Notes: a model not told the origin generated them from the sequence alone. A DNA stretch of 64,000 nucleotides from Squalus acanthias (GCA_030390025.1 CM059440.1:13950001-14014000); one strand, 5' to 3'. Shown: positions 12,520 through 24,885, numbered from the stretch's first letter. Made by a program: numbers and translations.

Positions 12520-12850
12520 TAACAACAACAACTTGCATTTATATAGTGCATTTAACGTGGTAAAATGTCCCAAAGTGCTTAACAGGAGTGTAATCAGACA
12601 AAAATTGACACAGCCAAAGAAGGAGATATTAGGAGAGGTTACTAAAAGAGAGGTGGAGAGAGAGGTGGAGAAGCTAAGAGGTTTGGGGGTGGCGGGGTGG
12701 GGGGTGGGAGGAATCCCAGAGCTTAGGGCCGAGACAGCTAAAGGCACAGTCAAGAGATCAGAGTTGGAAATAAACCCAGAGTTTTCAGAGAGTGGGCTGG
12801 AGGAGGTTATAGAAATAGGGGGGGGAGAGGCCATGGAGGGACTTGAACAT
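12520..12850 (-). mobile_element. L2 LINE 3' end fragment, ~90 bp upstream of the exon acceptor
   Basis: aacaacaacaacttgcatttatatagtgcatttaacgtgg.. is the same tail as 3924 and 6262. Confidence 0.85.
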
Positions 12851-12941
12851 CACACTGTTGTTGTAAAAGGCACAAAAGACATCTATAGTTGTGCAGCAAG
12901 TCCCCTCATTTTATTCTTTCTGTTTTTTTCCCAATGTTCAG

Positions 12942-13291
12942 GTGACAGTGAGGTGGTAGATAACATGTATGAGACAGATCCTGAGCCACCGGCTGGGGAG
13001 AGCGGAGAAGAAGAGACAGAAGACAGCATCATGTCCCCGATCCCCGTGGGCCCACCATCCCCACTTCCCACCAGCAATGAATTCACACCCAAGGAAGGGT
13101 CCCCGTATGAAGCCCCTGTCTACATTCCTGAAGACATTCCAATCCCGCCCGACTTCGAGCTGAGAGAGTCTTCAATCCCCGGAGCAGGATTAGGGATTTG
13201 GGCCAAGAAGAAGAATGAAGTAGGAGAGAAATTCGGTCCCTATGCAGGAGTTCAGAGGGTGACGCTGAAGGATCCAAACTTCGGATGGGAG
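12942..13291 (+). CDS. PRDM16: PRDM16 internal coding exon (exon 2; N-terminal region and start of PR/SET domain)
   Basis: Translates as [116 protein letters not shown], near-identical in its core to vertebrate PRDM16 ([49 protein letters not shown]). Polypyrimidine tract plus ttcag acceptor ends at 12941; donor GAG|gtcagt at 13291/13292. Length 350 nt, phase 1 start and phase 0 end, as recalled for human exon 2. Closer to PRDM16 than to the paralog MECOM. Confidence 0.95.
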
Positions 13292-14864
13292 GTCAGTCAT
13301 GTAATTATTGATTTATTATTGTTCCTGATTGATTGGGCTCAGGGGTGCTACATGATTCCGATTTATGACATTTTTACCCTGGCAGTTTGCCACTGGCTGC
13401 ATCCCTGCCATATTCCCACTGGTGCCAGCCTTCAGTATATATGATGTAAACTCTACACTTCTGAAGGGGCCCCAGTCCTCAATTTTCCTGGCTCCTATGA
13501 TACAAAAGGCCTATGTCTGGGCCAGAGGTGCACAGCAAGGTAAAACGGACAGCGTGGTGCTTACAGATCGCCACTTCAGTGCTGCTCTCCCGCTGCCTCA
13601 TCAACAATATAAAATTCCATTACTGCACCTAATGGATCCTATAGGATTGGTGCGGAGAGGGAAAAATGCAAGCGGAGTGCTTGCTTAAGTACGATCTTGC
13701 GCTTCTTTGAGGGCTGAGAGTAGGTCAGAGGCCTGTCCTCAGAGCTACAAATGGTCCGTCAGACAAGTACAGCAGACAAAGGAGATGGGGAGAAAGTATC
13801 TCAAAAACAATGAGTCCCATCCATCCCTCAAAAAAAATCTTTGATGAAAATATTACAGGATCCTGTACATCACCAATCCTAAAGAAATGCACAGGGTATA
13901 TTTTTATTCTGTCTTTTATTGGATGTTTAAGGTTGCTTTTAATATCTCAAAGTTTTTTCCAAAGGCATTTCACAGCTCTCCCCATTAGTGTTGGAGCAGC
14001 TGTGAGAATTCAGATCGTACCTGTGTTATTATAACTATGTTTTGCTGCATCACTTGGCTAACGGCTAACGTGTTTGAAGGTAAAGTCTCTGATCAGCACT
14101 GTGTGCTACTGGACATTTCCCAGCTCAGCTGTCTGTGTTGTGCTTGTTTTTAATCAGGAGGAAAAAGTGTTTCATACCAGCTTCATACAAATAGGATGTG
14201 ACTGTTTTGGGAGTGACGGAGCACTTCTGTCAAGTGAGTTTCCAGTGTGGTTAGTCCAGTGCATGACCAGGTAACCAGATATTAGTATACCTGCTAATCC
14301 CTGGGCATTCCTTACAGTTAATTGGAGGATATGCTTCTTTATAATGGCAGGAGTCATGCCATGTACTGAACAATGTATTAGTTAGCTGGTGAGGTACAGC
14401 AGTGCATTTTAACTGTTATATCTCCATAAGGCCGCAATGTATAATTGCTCTGAGGTCAATTAGCGGCTAATTGCTTGTAGGCGTATCCAGGGGTCAATCA
14501 GCAGTCAAAAGAAACCAGCAGGAAATAACTGGCTTTATTTTTACAGTGCAGCACAGAACCTTACGTGTGACAAAAGTGTGACACACCTGCCACAAAGCGT
14601 TTATATGTACTAACAGATCTCCATGGCACTGCTCATAGTGAGTTGAAGGATATGCTGTCTTGTAACAATAGGGCTCTTAGCAACAAAGTGTGACAGTGAA
14701 AGTATTACAGGAAGTAAGTGTGACACTTACAGAATGTGCATGCTATATGCAAGGTTCATAATACATTATAGATATGCAGTGCTGGTATGTGACTTTGAAG
14801 GCATGCGACCTACCGAGCCAATGTATAATATAAATGGAGTGCCAGTGTGAGTGAAGCAGTTCTC

Positions 14865-15110
14865 AGATCCTGATCTAGTCCTTGTTTTAATCTGACTGAA
14901 GCAATTTCATGTTCCTAATCCCCTATTAACCTTATTGAAGAGTCACCAGGATTTAAATCTATTCCTTGTTATAACCTGATCAAAGAGACTCCAGGATCCT
15001 GATCCAAACCTTGTTTTAATTTCACAGAAGACAACTCCAGGATCCTGACCTAGTCCTCGTTTAATTATGACTGAGTCGACTCCAGGATCCTGATCCAATC
15101 CGTGTTTTAA
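14865..15110. repeat. Degenerate ~45-46-bp tandem repeat, ~5 units
   Basis: actccaggatcctgatccaaaccttgttttaa recurs at ~14988, 15033 and 15079, with weaker copies before. Confidence 0.75.
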
Positions 15111-16668
15111 GGTTGTTGCTCGTTTCTGTTGATGATGTAATCATATTGTTTGACATTTGTCGTTATGACAGCATAATTTCCCTTTTTAGGGAAACAATGG
15201 CCCAATAAAATGGAATTGAATGAATGATTTTGTGTCTGTGCTCTGCTGCACAATACCAGAATTGTTTTCAAAGCAACCGGAAGAATGACCATTGCAAGAC
15301 TGTCCAATAAAAGTGATATAACACGGCTGAAGGTCGTGTGACCCTTTTCTTTTCAAACTTTGATCATTCACTTCTGACAGAAGATCAGTGCTGTGCTATC
15401 ACTTGTGTGATCTTGGATTAATCCTTCTGTAACAAAAACAAAATTGCATTGAGAGCTCAGTCCACCTACAACCCAATTAAAATGGCGAACCCAATGGCAA
15501 GCAGCAGCTCTGGCAGCGGTGAACTTTTATCATGGCTGCTACTTTGACCGGGAGATGAGGAACAAAACCACCTCATGATGTAGCATTACCTGCCTCTGAA
15601 GGCATCTATGTTGCCCTGTTTATACAGAGCCCCCTTGATGGCAGGTCTACCTCTACAGGTGCCGTCGTAATATTAGTGGAGTAATGTGTAGTTCACAGCT
15701 CTATATATGTTACTGTCAGTGTTACTCAGTCCTCGGTATCCGTTATTCTCTGTATAACTCACTCCGGGGTATCCATTACTGTTTTTCTAACGATCCTGGA
15801 CATATGTTTTTTTCTTAGTGTCTGTTATTTGAAGCCCACTTTATCCATGGCTGCTCTTAGGACCTGAAAATCTTTGATCCTGGGCACTGTCAGAAGGGTG
15901 CAATTCAGCTCCTTTATAGCGGAATTTGTTACCAATGGGGGCAGGGTCCTACGTGCACCTGCTGCCAACGGCACACTATGAATGTAAAAAGGCCTTGGCA
16001 TTAGGTCTGGAACCGTTGGGGGGAGGGGAGGCTCACTGCCTTCAGGCACAGGAAGCTCCGAGGATTAATTTAGACCCATTCTACCAAGACAGACAATTCA
16101 ATCTATTGGATGCATAGCTTCAGGCCCTATCCATTCTCTGTCTATTCTTCTCCGACATAAATGTGTTGCACTAGAAATCACCTATTTAAAAACCATTAAG
16201 TGGCTCTTACTGCAACATAATATTATACACACATTACTCAAAAGCCATTTAAATGAGGCTGTCTCTCTCTCTTTATAAGTTCAGGTGAGGCTGCAGAACA
16301 ATGTCAGCTCTGTAGCTAATGAATTGGATATATGTTGGTTTGAATTAAAAATCCTGACTTACATTCTCGTGCACGTGTCTTAAGGGCTATTCAACAACAT
16401 GAATTTTTCGCTTGCAAGTCAAAAGAAAAATCCAATTTATACTTCTGATAACAACAAAGAGGTGTTACCTAGATTGGAGAAGGGTTAGAAGTAGTGTACC
16501 CCAGGGGTCAGTGCTGGGCCCACTCCTGTTCTCGGTATATATGGACGATTTGGACTTGGGCAGATGGAGCACACTCTCAAAACTTGCTGATGGCCTAAAA
16601 GTGGGCGTTTGGCAAACAGTGAGGAGGACTGTAAAAGGCTTCAAGAATAGGCAGGCAGATTAGTGGAA

Positions 16669-17330
16669 AGCAAACGGAATGATGGCCTTCATAGCAAGGG
16701 GATTTGAGTACAGGAGTAGGGAGGTGATGCTACAGTTGTACAGGGCCTTGGTGAGGCCACACCTGGAGTATTGTGCGCAGTTTTGGTCTCCTAACTTAAG
16801 GAAGGACATTCTTGCTATTGAGGGAGTGCAGCGAAGGTTCACTAGATTGATTCCTGGGATGGCCGGACTGACATATCAAGAAAGATTGGGTCAACTGAAC
16901 TTGTATCCTCTGGAGTTCAGAAGAATGAGGGGGGATCTTATAGAGACATTTAAAATCCTGACTGGTTTAGACAAATTAGATGCGGGCAGAATGTTCCCAA
17001 TGGTAGGGAAAACTAGAACCAGGGGTCACAGTCTAAGGATTAAGGGGAAGCCATTTAGGACTGAGCTGAGGAGGAACTTCTTCACCCAGAGAGTGGTGAA
17101 TCTATGGAATTCTCTTCCACAGAAGGTTGTTGAGGCCAGTTCGCTAAATATATTCAAAAGGGAGTTAGATATAACACTCACAACTAAGGGGATCAAGGGG
17201 TATGGCGAGAAAGCAGGAATGGGGTACTGAGGTAGCATGTTCAGCCATGAACGCATTGAATGGCGGTGCAGGCTCGAAGGACCGAATGGTCTACTCCTGT
17301 ACCTATTTTCTATGTTTCTATGTTTCTATG
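16669..17330 (+). mobile_element. Young 5'-truncated CR1/HER1-like LINE
   Basis: Uninterrupted 183-aa frame (LYRALVRPHLEYCAQFWSP..RRNFFTQRVVNLWNSLP), then 3'UTR and a (TTCTATGT)n tail. Confidence 0.95.
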
Positions 17331-17451
17331 AATGGGGGCAATTTAATGTGGATGAATGTGAGGTAATAGATTTTGAAAGGATAAACAAGGAAAAGGAGTA
17401 TACACTCAATGGGAAGATGCTGAAGGGTGTGGGTGAACAGAGAGAGATTTA

Positions 17452-18143
17452 GGGGGAAAAATTCGGTTGATTTGTGCCTCACGTTAGCACCGTAAGAGGG
17501 CGCTAATGGAGCGCAAAGCAACTAGCGCCCAGGCGCGGCACCGCTAATGCCTCCCGCGAAATTCAGCGGGTGGTTATCGGTGGCGATAACTGTTAGCGCC
17601 CCATGGCGCTGCGCCTCCGGTGATGACGTCACCGCTGTGCGCAACGCTGCGGCCGCGATCTTCGGTAGCGCCCCCGACTTACTGCCGGGCGCTATATGTC
17701 CGACAGGGTCAAGGGGGCCTACCTACGGCCGGGGTGGCACAAATTAAAGGGGAGGTATCGGGCGGCCATTTTTGTTGCTGGTCGCCTGCCAGCATCTGCC
17801 CTCGTTGCTGCCCTGGCCTCCTGTGAAGCCCCCCTGTGGGTGTCAGCTGCGCTGCGTTCCAGCTGGGCCCCAGGTCGCGCTGTGCTAGGCCCCTCCCCTT
17901 TAATAAGGGGTGGAAGGCCTGCAGTACCGCGGCACGATGTGCCACAGTGCGTGGCGCTGCGGCACATAGCGCTGCGATATTCACTCGCAGCACCCCAAGA
18001 GGGAGGTGGGGCATTACTAGAAGCGCCCCGCCGCCCTCTTGGGGCGCTACCAGTGAATTCCGGGCGCAGGGACGCTAATTTTTCCGGGGCACTTTGGGGG
18101 CAAAGTGAGTGCCCCAAAGGGGGTGCAACCCAATTTTGCCCCC
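17452..18143. mobile_element. GC/CpG-rich PIF/Harbinger-like MITE
   Basis: TIRs gggggaaaaattcggttg / caacccaattttgccccc (16/18), flanked by TTA at 17449-17451 and 18144-18146. Confidence 0.85.
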
Positions 18144-20339
18144 TTAGACTTCAAATGCATAATTCTCTGACAGTGCGAGTGCAAGTAGGTAAAGTTTTAA
18201 CGAAGCTTAATGGCACCTTGGATTTTAAAATTAGGGGCACAGAGTACAAGAGTAAAATAAATGCTAAATTTCTATGAAACATTGCTTCAGTCCATCATAG
18301 ATTCACCAGGGATGGCAAACTATAGTCATGAGAGAGAGAGATTTTAGATACTGGGACTTTTTTTACTGGACCAGAGAAGGCTAAGAGGAGATTTAATAGA
18401 GGCTTTTAAAATTAGGAAAGGCTTTTGATAGTGTGAATAGGGAAAGACTATTTCCTTTGGTTGGAGAGCCAGTTTCACGGGGGCATCAAAACAAAATTGT
18501 CCCTAAGCGAGTGGGGAGTGTTTAGGAGAAATTACTTTGAGGGTTGTTGGAGCATGGAATGCTTTGCCACAGGGAATGGTTGATGCAGAGACCATTGCAT
18601 CTTTTCAAGGACAATTAGAAATATATTTGAAGCATGGAAGAAGCAGGGCTATGGAATAGAGCAGATCAGTGGGATTGGTTTTGGATTACTCTAGCAAAGA
18701 GCCGGCACCAACACAATTGGCCAAATGGCCCCTTTTTGTGCTGTAAACTCCAAAGGTTCTGTGGCATCATTGCTGAGTATCAGCATTAGGATTGGCACCA
18801 TTATTTCTCGGTCCAAAACTGGACAGATGCAAAGGGTAGCTGGTGGGAATGCGGCGTGAGTTCTGAATTTGACTTATCCTGATGAAAGTACACTGAGAAC
18901 TTGAATAACTAACTTTAATAATTAACATCCTCACAAGATAGGAGTAAGTGAGAAGAACCAGCTTTCTGTTTTCAGAAACAGCCTTTTGGTGTTTGGTTTA
19001 CATTTTAGAAAATTTCAGACACCCATTGATAAACTGGACCATCAGGGTATTATCAGACAGGCACAACCCCTGTAGTCCTCAGGTGAACACAAACAAAGTG
19101 AGTTGGCCTGATGTCACCAAGGCAAGGTTACCATGGGCAACAGAGATGATGCCTCCTTCTCTCCCCTCCTCCTCTTCCTCCAGTGGCTAAAAAGACAACA
19201 CCAGACCTTTAATGTAAAACAGGTATTTCTGTTCCATAACAGCTCCATTAGCAATGTCAGAGTGTGTCAGGAAACTGATGCATTGTGATATAGAAATCGC
19301 ATAAAAATTTATTTGCCCATCATTTTAAGTAATGATAAAGAATGATAATGCAGACCACTGGTTCAAGATGAGAATTGGAATCCTGCAGTAGTACCCGTGT
19401 GCTTTTTTTACTTCTGTGTATAGACAGGGCTTCACTTGTGGCAGGGCACTAAACCATGGCCTCAGAGGTATAAGAAAGTAAAGGCTATACCAAAGACTGA
19501 TCCAGAAAACTACTTCAAATTAAACTGCGATGAAAGGACAAAGGGGTAAGAGAATTTAGGACCAATGTCAGGAAGTTCCTCTTCACACAAAGAGTCATCA
19601 CTGCAGGGACGGGATTTCCGCATCAGCATTCGTCTACCCAAGATCTTCCACCCATTCACTTTGCTGGATGGAAGATTGTACGCAGGCAAACGCAAAGGCA
19701 GAAACTCCTGCCTGCTGCGGAAGGGATCTGTGGGTGGAGTGGTGGAGGCACAGTCTCTGGAATCATTCGAGTAAGTTGGATGCTATGATGTGGGTCTTTT
19801 TTCTGCTTGAGTAAATTGGGCCAAATGGGACTCCCTCATCCATATTTATCTGACCTGCACAACAAATTGGGGACTGCCTGTATTATAAGACCAACCTGTG
19901 TCCCTCTGGAGGAGCTCTGGGACAAATATCATTGAACAGATCCACTACTAACCTCAGGAAATGGTGGAGGGGTGGAACTGGGTGCACTATCCCTCAATCC
20001 GACTCTGTCTTCTTAAGCAACTACTTTCCCCACAAGTGATTCAGAGCACATGGGAACTTAACAAAATACTGTAGGTTGCTTTTTTTGCTTTTTCTAAATT
20101 ACAGAGTTGGAAGCTATCAGCAGTAATTCATTTGTGTAAAACCACATTCACCTGAACCTGCCCCATTGCCCAGCGTATAACTGACCAGCAAGCTTCCAGA
20201 TTTGATCACTGATCTACATCTGCACTGAGCAGGTGAAGCACTGGTAGGGTCATAAGAATTCTCCTCATGTTCCAGGGGTAAGAAGGGAGGAAATAAAGTC
20301 ATCCAGAGTTCCTGCTCCTGCTCACTATTCTCCGATTCC

Positions 20340-20758
20340 TTTTTAAAAATTCATTCGCGGGATATGGGCGTGCTGACAAGGCCAGCATTAATTGCCCATC
20401 GCTAGTTGCCTAGGTGGTGGTGGGACTTCTTATTGTTTGTAGTGATTTGGTACAATTGAGTGGCTTGCTAGACCACTTCAGAGGACAGTTAAGAGTCAAC
20501 CACGTTGGTGTGGGACTGGAGTCACATATAAACCAGACCAGGGGTAAAGACGGCAGGTTTCCTTCCCTGAGGGACATTAATGAACCAGTTGGGTTTTTCC
20601 AACAGTCCGACAGCTTCATGGTTACTTATACTGATGTTCGCTTTTTATTTCCAGATTTAAAAACTGAATTGAAATTCTCAACCTGCCATGGTGTGATTTG
20701 AACTCACGTTCTCTGGAATATTAGCCCAGTAACATAACCACTACACTACCATACCCCA
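20340..20758 (-). mobile_element. tRNA-derived SINE sharing its 3' tail with the LINE at 10390-12460
   Basis: Minus strand has A/B-box-like ggtagtgtagtggtta..gagttcaaatc, a core aaaaacccaactggttcattaatgtccctcagggaaggaaacctgccgtc, and a tail matching 12370-12455. Confidence 0.8.
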
Positions 20759-20859
20759 TTCATACTGCGAAGTGTGTCCTCGAGGCCCGAGTCAGGCTCT
20801 ACTGTGGCCAACACTCACTCTCTATGGTCACTCATGACGAATGACCTTTTTGGTCGACC

Positions 20860-21140
20860 AACAGCAACCATATGCATTTATTTAACGCCTTTAATGAAAA
20901 GTCAAAACTCCGAGGAGACTCATAAATGGAAATAGGTTGGGGCACTGAGTCATAGTAGGAGAAATTAGGAGTGCTGACCGAACATTTGGTCAACATGGTG
21001 GGGTTTGAGAAGGTTTTTAAAGGTGGAGAGAATAAAATTGATGGATGCAGGGGTTTAGGGCGAGAGCTCTGGAGAGGAAAGCCAGATTCGGATGACTGGA
21101 CGGGTGTTGGAGGGGATAGGAGGCTGGAGGTGGATGCAGA
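20860..21140 (-). mobile_element. Degenerate L2 3' fragment
   Basis: caacagcaac..tgcatttatttaacgccttta.. tail plus the purine-rich body seen in the other L2 copies. Confidence 0.6.
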
Positions 21141-21924
21141 GATTGGGTGGGGCCATGGAAGGATTGGTAGACGAGTTTGAGGGGTTTCAGTGGTCATTCT
21201 GCAGTCTGGATGGTAAGTGTATGTGGAGCCATACCCAAATATGAGCCAGCGCCTTCCAGGGAGGAAGGGAAGAAGTTGCAGAGGAGAAAAAAAGAAACAG
21301 AGTCTCTGCAGAGGTGTTTGGATGCACAGCCACTGCGAGACTCTTCTGTGGTCTGTACTTTCTATCAGACACTACTGTTTACTGACAGCACATTGAGAGG
21401 CAGGCTGATAAAAGTCTGACTCTATCTTCAGACTTTCAGGACACCTCTGTGACATATAATACAATAAAAGATAATCTACAAATTTAAGTTGAAGGACACC
21501 TTGGAGCGAGGGAACAAGGTCCAGATTCTCTATTGAAAAGGGATGCTAATATTGATTTTCTCTTGCCTTTGATAGCTTTGTGTTGAAAGATTTGGACTCA
21601 GGATGAAGCAGCCACACCTCAGAGCAGTGCAACTATTCCACTGATTCCCATGACTAATCAATCGACCTTCACTTCCTCACCAAAGCCGAGGTTCAGCTCA
21701 AACCTGCTCCTAGTATGTTGGCATGTATCTACGTTCCCTGTTATTGGGCGATGCCTGATTCAGAGGTTATCACAAGAAGATACTGGTGTTGTCTTGTTGG
21801 CAGACAAGGCCACCACTGAGACAGTTACCTTACCCTAAAAGTGAGCTGTGAAAAAACAGATAAAATTCAGAATGTATATTAATGTAAAACCAATTTAAAT
21901 CTGTGGAGTTAACGAGCAACTGAG

Positions 21925-22420
21925 AGCTCCCCCCAGTGGCTTATTAGTAAATCCACTGCTTGGTGTGATACTGAGCCAAACAGACCAGGAAGACCCCAGG
22001 TTTGATCCCCAGTTTCTGTTTAGTTAGCTGATCTCAGCTAAGATGGCTCCAGGGTCGCTACAATAACTTTAAGGTTCTCTAGGCAAAGGGGGATGGAAAA
22101 GAAATTGGCCAGGATTCCTGCTCCTGATCGCTATCCAGGACCCCCTGCTGGACAGTCCACGCCTGCAGAAATCAGGCAAGGTGAGGATCGGGCTTAGCCC
22201 TGACAGGGGTCCTGTACCTCGACAAAATGGCCATGTCCCATTGTGTGAGCCAAGACAGCGTATTGGCAGGCTGTTTGACTGCAGAGGGCATCACAGCAAA
22301 GCTTGATCCTGTCTTCACCCATAGTCCACAAGAGGTACATTTTCCAGCAAGAGTCACTGGGTAAAGATCAGGAGCAGGAAGCCCATCTGATTTATTGTTT
22401 CACTAACCCAGGGATGCTCA
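21925..22420 (+). mobile_element. Old abundant tRNA-like SINE family (representative copy)
   Basis: Head cagtggct..ctgagcca.acagaccaggaag..cccaggtttgatccc and body tgctcctgatcgctatccag. Related segments occur near 9935, 23200, 24250, 29700, 31030, 32800, 34260, 36280, 39010, 42090, 45590, 46130, 50570, 53040, 53935, 56700, 59960 and 60780. Confidence 0.7.
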
Positions 22421-22509
22421 AGCCAATTGTGGAAACTTCACTGTTTCCCTATCTGAGATCGGGGGGGAGGAGAGGGGGAGGTGACAGGGAAGGGGACAGG
22501 GGAAGGGAA

Positions 22510-22722
22510 ATACAGCAGCCAATTTGCCTACAGCAAGCTCCCACAAACAGCAATGAGATAAATGACCAGATAATCCGTTTTAGTGATGTTGGTTAAGGGA
22601 TAAATATTGGACCAGGTACTGGGGAGAACTCTCCTGCTCTTCTTTGAATAGTGCCTGAGAGGGCAGACGGGGCCTCGGTTTAAAGTTTCATCTGAAAGAC
22701 AGCAACTCCGACAGTGCAGTAT
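22510..22722 (-). mobile_element. SacSINE1-like fragment
   Basis: gcagccaatttgc..cagcaagctcccacaaacagcaatgag..gcagacggggcctcggtttaa. Confidence 0.85.
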
Positions 22723-23832
22723 GGGTTAATGTCTACATCAAAATAGCAAAAGGAGTTTCACATAAATGTTTTATAAAGTGTGTTAACAGAAGCATCTAGA
22801 CCCCCCTCAGTTGTTTTTGCTTTCAATGATCCTGATTGTGTAATGAGCTGCAACTTAATCCCAGCTTCTCCGTATCTTTATTTAAGAGTTTGCCAAGTTT
22901 CATCTGCATAGGTAATTTGTTTCAGCTGCTGCTTAGAGACACACATTTAAACACACAGACACACACTCACAGGGTTTAACCCCTTCAACATGTCTGCCCG
23001 ATTCCTCACCTCCTCTCCTGGTTCTTTCTGGAGTATGTTTCCACAGATGCTAGCCACTTGCTGGAATATCAAGAGGTCTTCATTTGTGGGTCTGGTCAGT
23101 GAGTGTCGGCAGAGTATTCAATGACGAGGGCTGAGGGTGGGCGGGGTGTTACACAAGCTCCCTTCCCAATGCCCACATTCTTGTGCATTCACGTGATATT
23201 GATCACTGACCCAGGGACCAATTGGAGCAACCCAACTGACTGAAATCTGCTAAGTCAACACAGGCCAGAAACCTTCTTCGTCTGTGTGGCTCAGTTCTAT
23301 ACTGGACTGTGTGTTTAGCAACTGACCCATCGGGGGAGCCCAGAGTTTGCTTTGCTTTGATATTTTCCCCCAGTGCATTCCACAATGAATATGCAATGAG
23401 CCCAACAAGACGGTGAAATATTCAGCCTTGAGACTGTACATCCTCCTCAATCGTGAGACAAACTGCAGTCCACTGAATCCATATTGTTTATCTTTGCTTA
23501 TCTGTCTTCTGATTTCTTTTTAACCACCCACGTTGACTGAAAGACTGATAGTGCTGTCCAGGCAGTTATCAGTGGATGAGCTTTGACTGGGGCCATCAGT
23601 TTATTGAGTTGCTGTCCTTGTTTATCAAGAACCATGAAGCAGGCAGGTGTAAGACCTTCCTGACGTGAGAAGAACAAGAAAAGTGATCGATATGACAGGT
23701 CTTTAAGGTTCACAAAACCAGCACAAAGCTCTTTAACAGGTGAAAGCTGAACTAACAGAGTGGAAAGGTACCAGAGACAATAGCACCATCACTCCGAGCA
23801 ACCCCAGTCTTATTTAATTCCACCTTCTCCAC

Positions 23833-24160
23833 TAGAATCATAGAATCTTACAGCACAGAAGGAGGCCATTCAGCCCATTGTGCCTGTGCCGACTCTGTGA
23901 AAGGGCTATCCAATTAGTCCCACTTCCTTTTTTTTCCCATAGCCCTGCAAATGTTTCCTTTTCTAGTATATATCCAAATCCCTTTTGAAAGTTACTATTA
24001 AATCTGCTTCCACCACCATTTCAGGCAGTGCATTCCAGATCATAACAACTCACTGCATTAAAAAAAATTCTCCTCATCTCCCCCCTGTTTTGTCCCCCAA
24101 TTATCTTAAATCTGTGTCTTCTGGTTACCGGCCCTCCTGCCAGTGGAAACAGTTTTTCCC
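23833..24160 (-). mobile_element. CR1 3' end fragment
   Basis: tagaatcatagaatc tail, aggaggccattcagccc, and gcattccagatcataacaactc (antisense of VVMIWNAL). Confidence 0.85.
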
Positions 24161-24721
24161 GAAAACACTACTTTCATTTTGTGATCTTGAGTTTTCTAAT
24201 TAAGGTTGCCTTTTACATATCCATTGGGCAAACTTTTCTCTTTTTTTTCTGACTGTTTTTTCTTTGGAGTACTGAAGCCAATTGAAGCACCTCAACCACA
24301 GCCCCAGCTCAGATCAGCTAACTCAAGCCCGCAATTGAAGCTAGAGCCTACAGCTGTGGGTGGAACAGATGCAAAACCGGGTGACGGCCATTGAGAAAAT
24401 GGTGCATTCTGTTAGTGAAAAGCTGCTTTGATACTGGGATTAGTGGGGTGCTGGGACTGCCCAGTTGCAGAGCTGGATTTGACCAACTTGATGGGAGTAG
24501 GAGTGTTTGAATTTGATATTTTTTCGACTTGGTAAGAAGGAAACCCGAGCTGGGAACTGGGGAGTGCCAACATACCTGGTCCAAAGGCTGAGCCGGGAAC
24601 CGCACAGACCTGCAGGCCGAACCTGGAGGCTGAAGATGAGTGACAGAGGTTCCTGGGAGCAGAATGGAGGCGGTCCTCCAAAGCTACATTGGACACCTCA
24701 AAATGATTGCAGGGTCATGGC

Positions 24722-24885
24722 CAATGTACCCTCTAATTTTTTTTTGGCCCACGTGACCCCTTTAATGGGCTGCGCGGGCCATTCAAATTTCCACGCATGC
24801 GAGGTTTTTCTATTTAAAAGCCGTCTCACCGGCTGCCCAGGACCTGCAGAGCGCTGTGCGGCCACGCAACTTAAAGGGAACGTTG
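24722..24885. mobile_element. hAT-like MITE
   Basis: TIRs caatgtaccctctaa / ttaaagggaacgttg, with 8-bp flanks gtcatggc / gtcatgac (7/8). Confidence 0.75.

Larger units (their letters stand above)
16450..18760 (+). mobile_element. Old CR1 LINE interrupted by a younger CR1 and a MITE
   Basis: RT motifs VPQGSVLGPLLFSVYMDDLD at ~16490-16560. The CR1 sequence resumes at 17331-17451 and 18144-18760. Confidence 0.85.

Noticed and set aside
12533-13444. 303-aa ORF as a complete gene
   Set aside because: Only 12942-13291 is PRDM16-like and it is bounded by canonical splice sites. The upstream part is an antisense L2 tail plus the polypyrimidine tract, and the downstream part is intron read-through.
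16679-17230. 183-aa intact ORF as a host gene
   Set aside because: It is the C-terminus of CR1 ORF2 in a 5'-truncated copy lacking the RT core.
17547-18277. Cluster of overlapping ORFs on both strands
   Set aside because: They lie within a GC-rich MITE where stop codons are rare, and show no recognisable protein motif.
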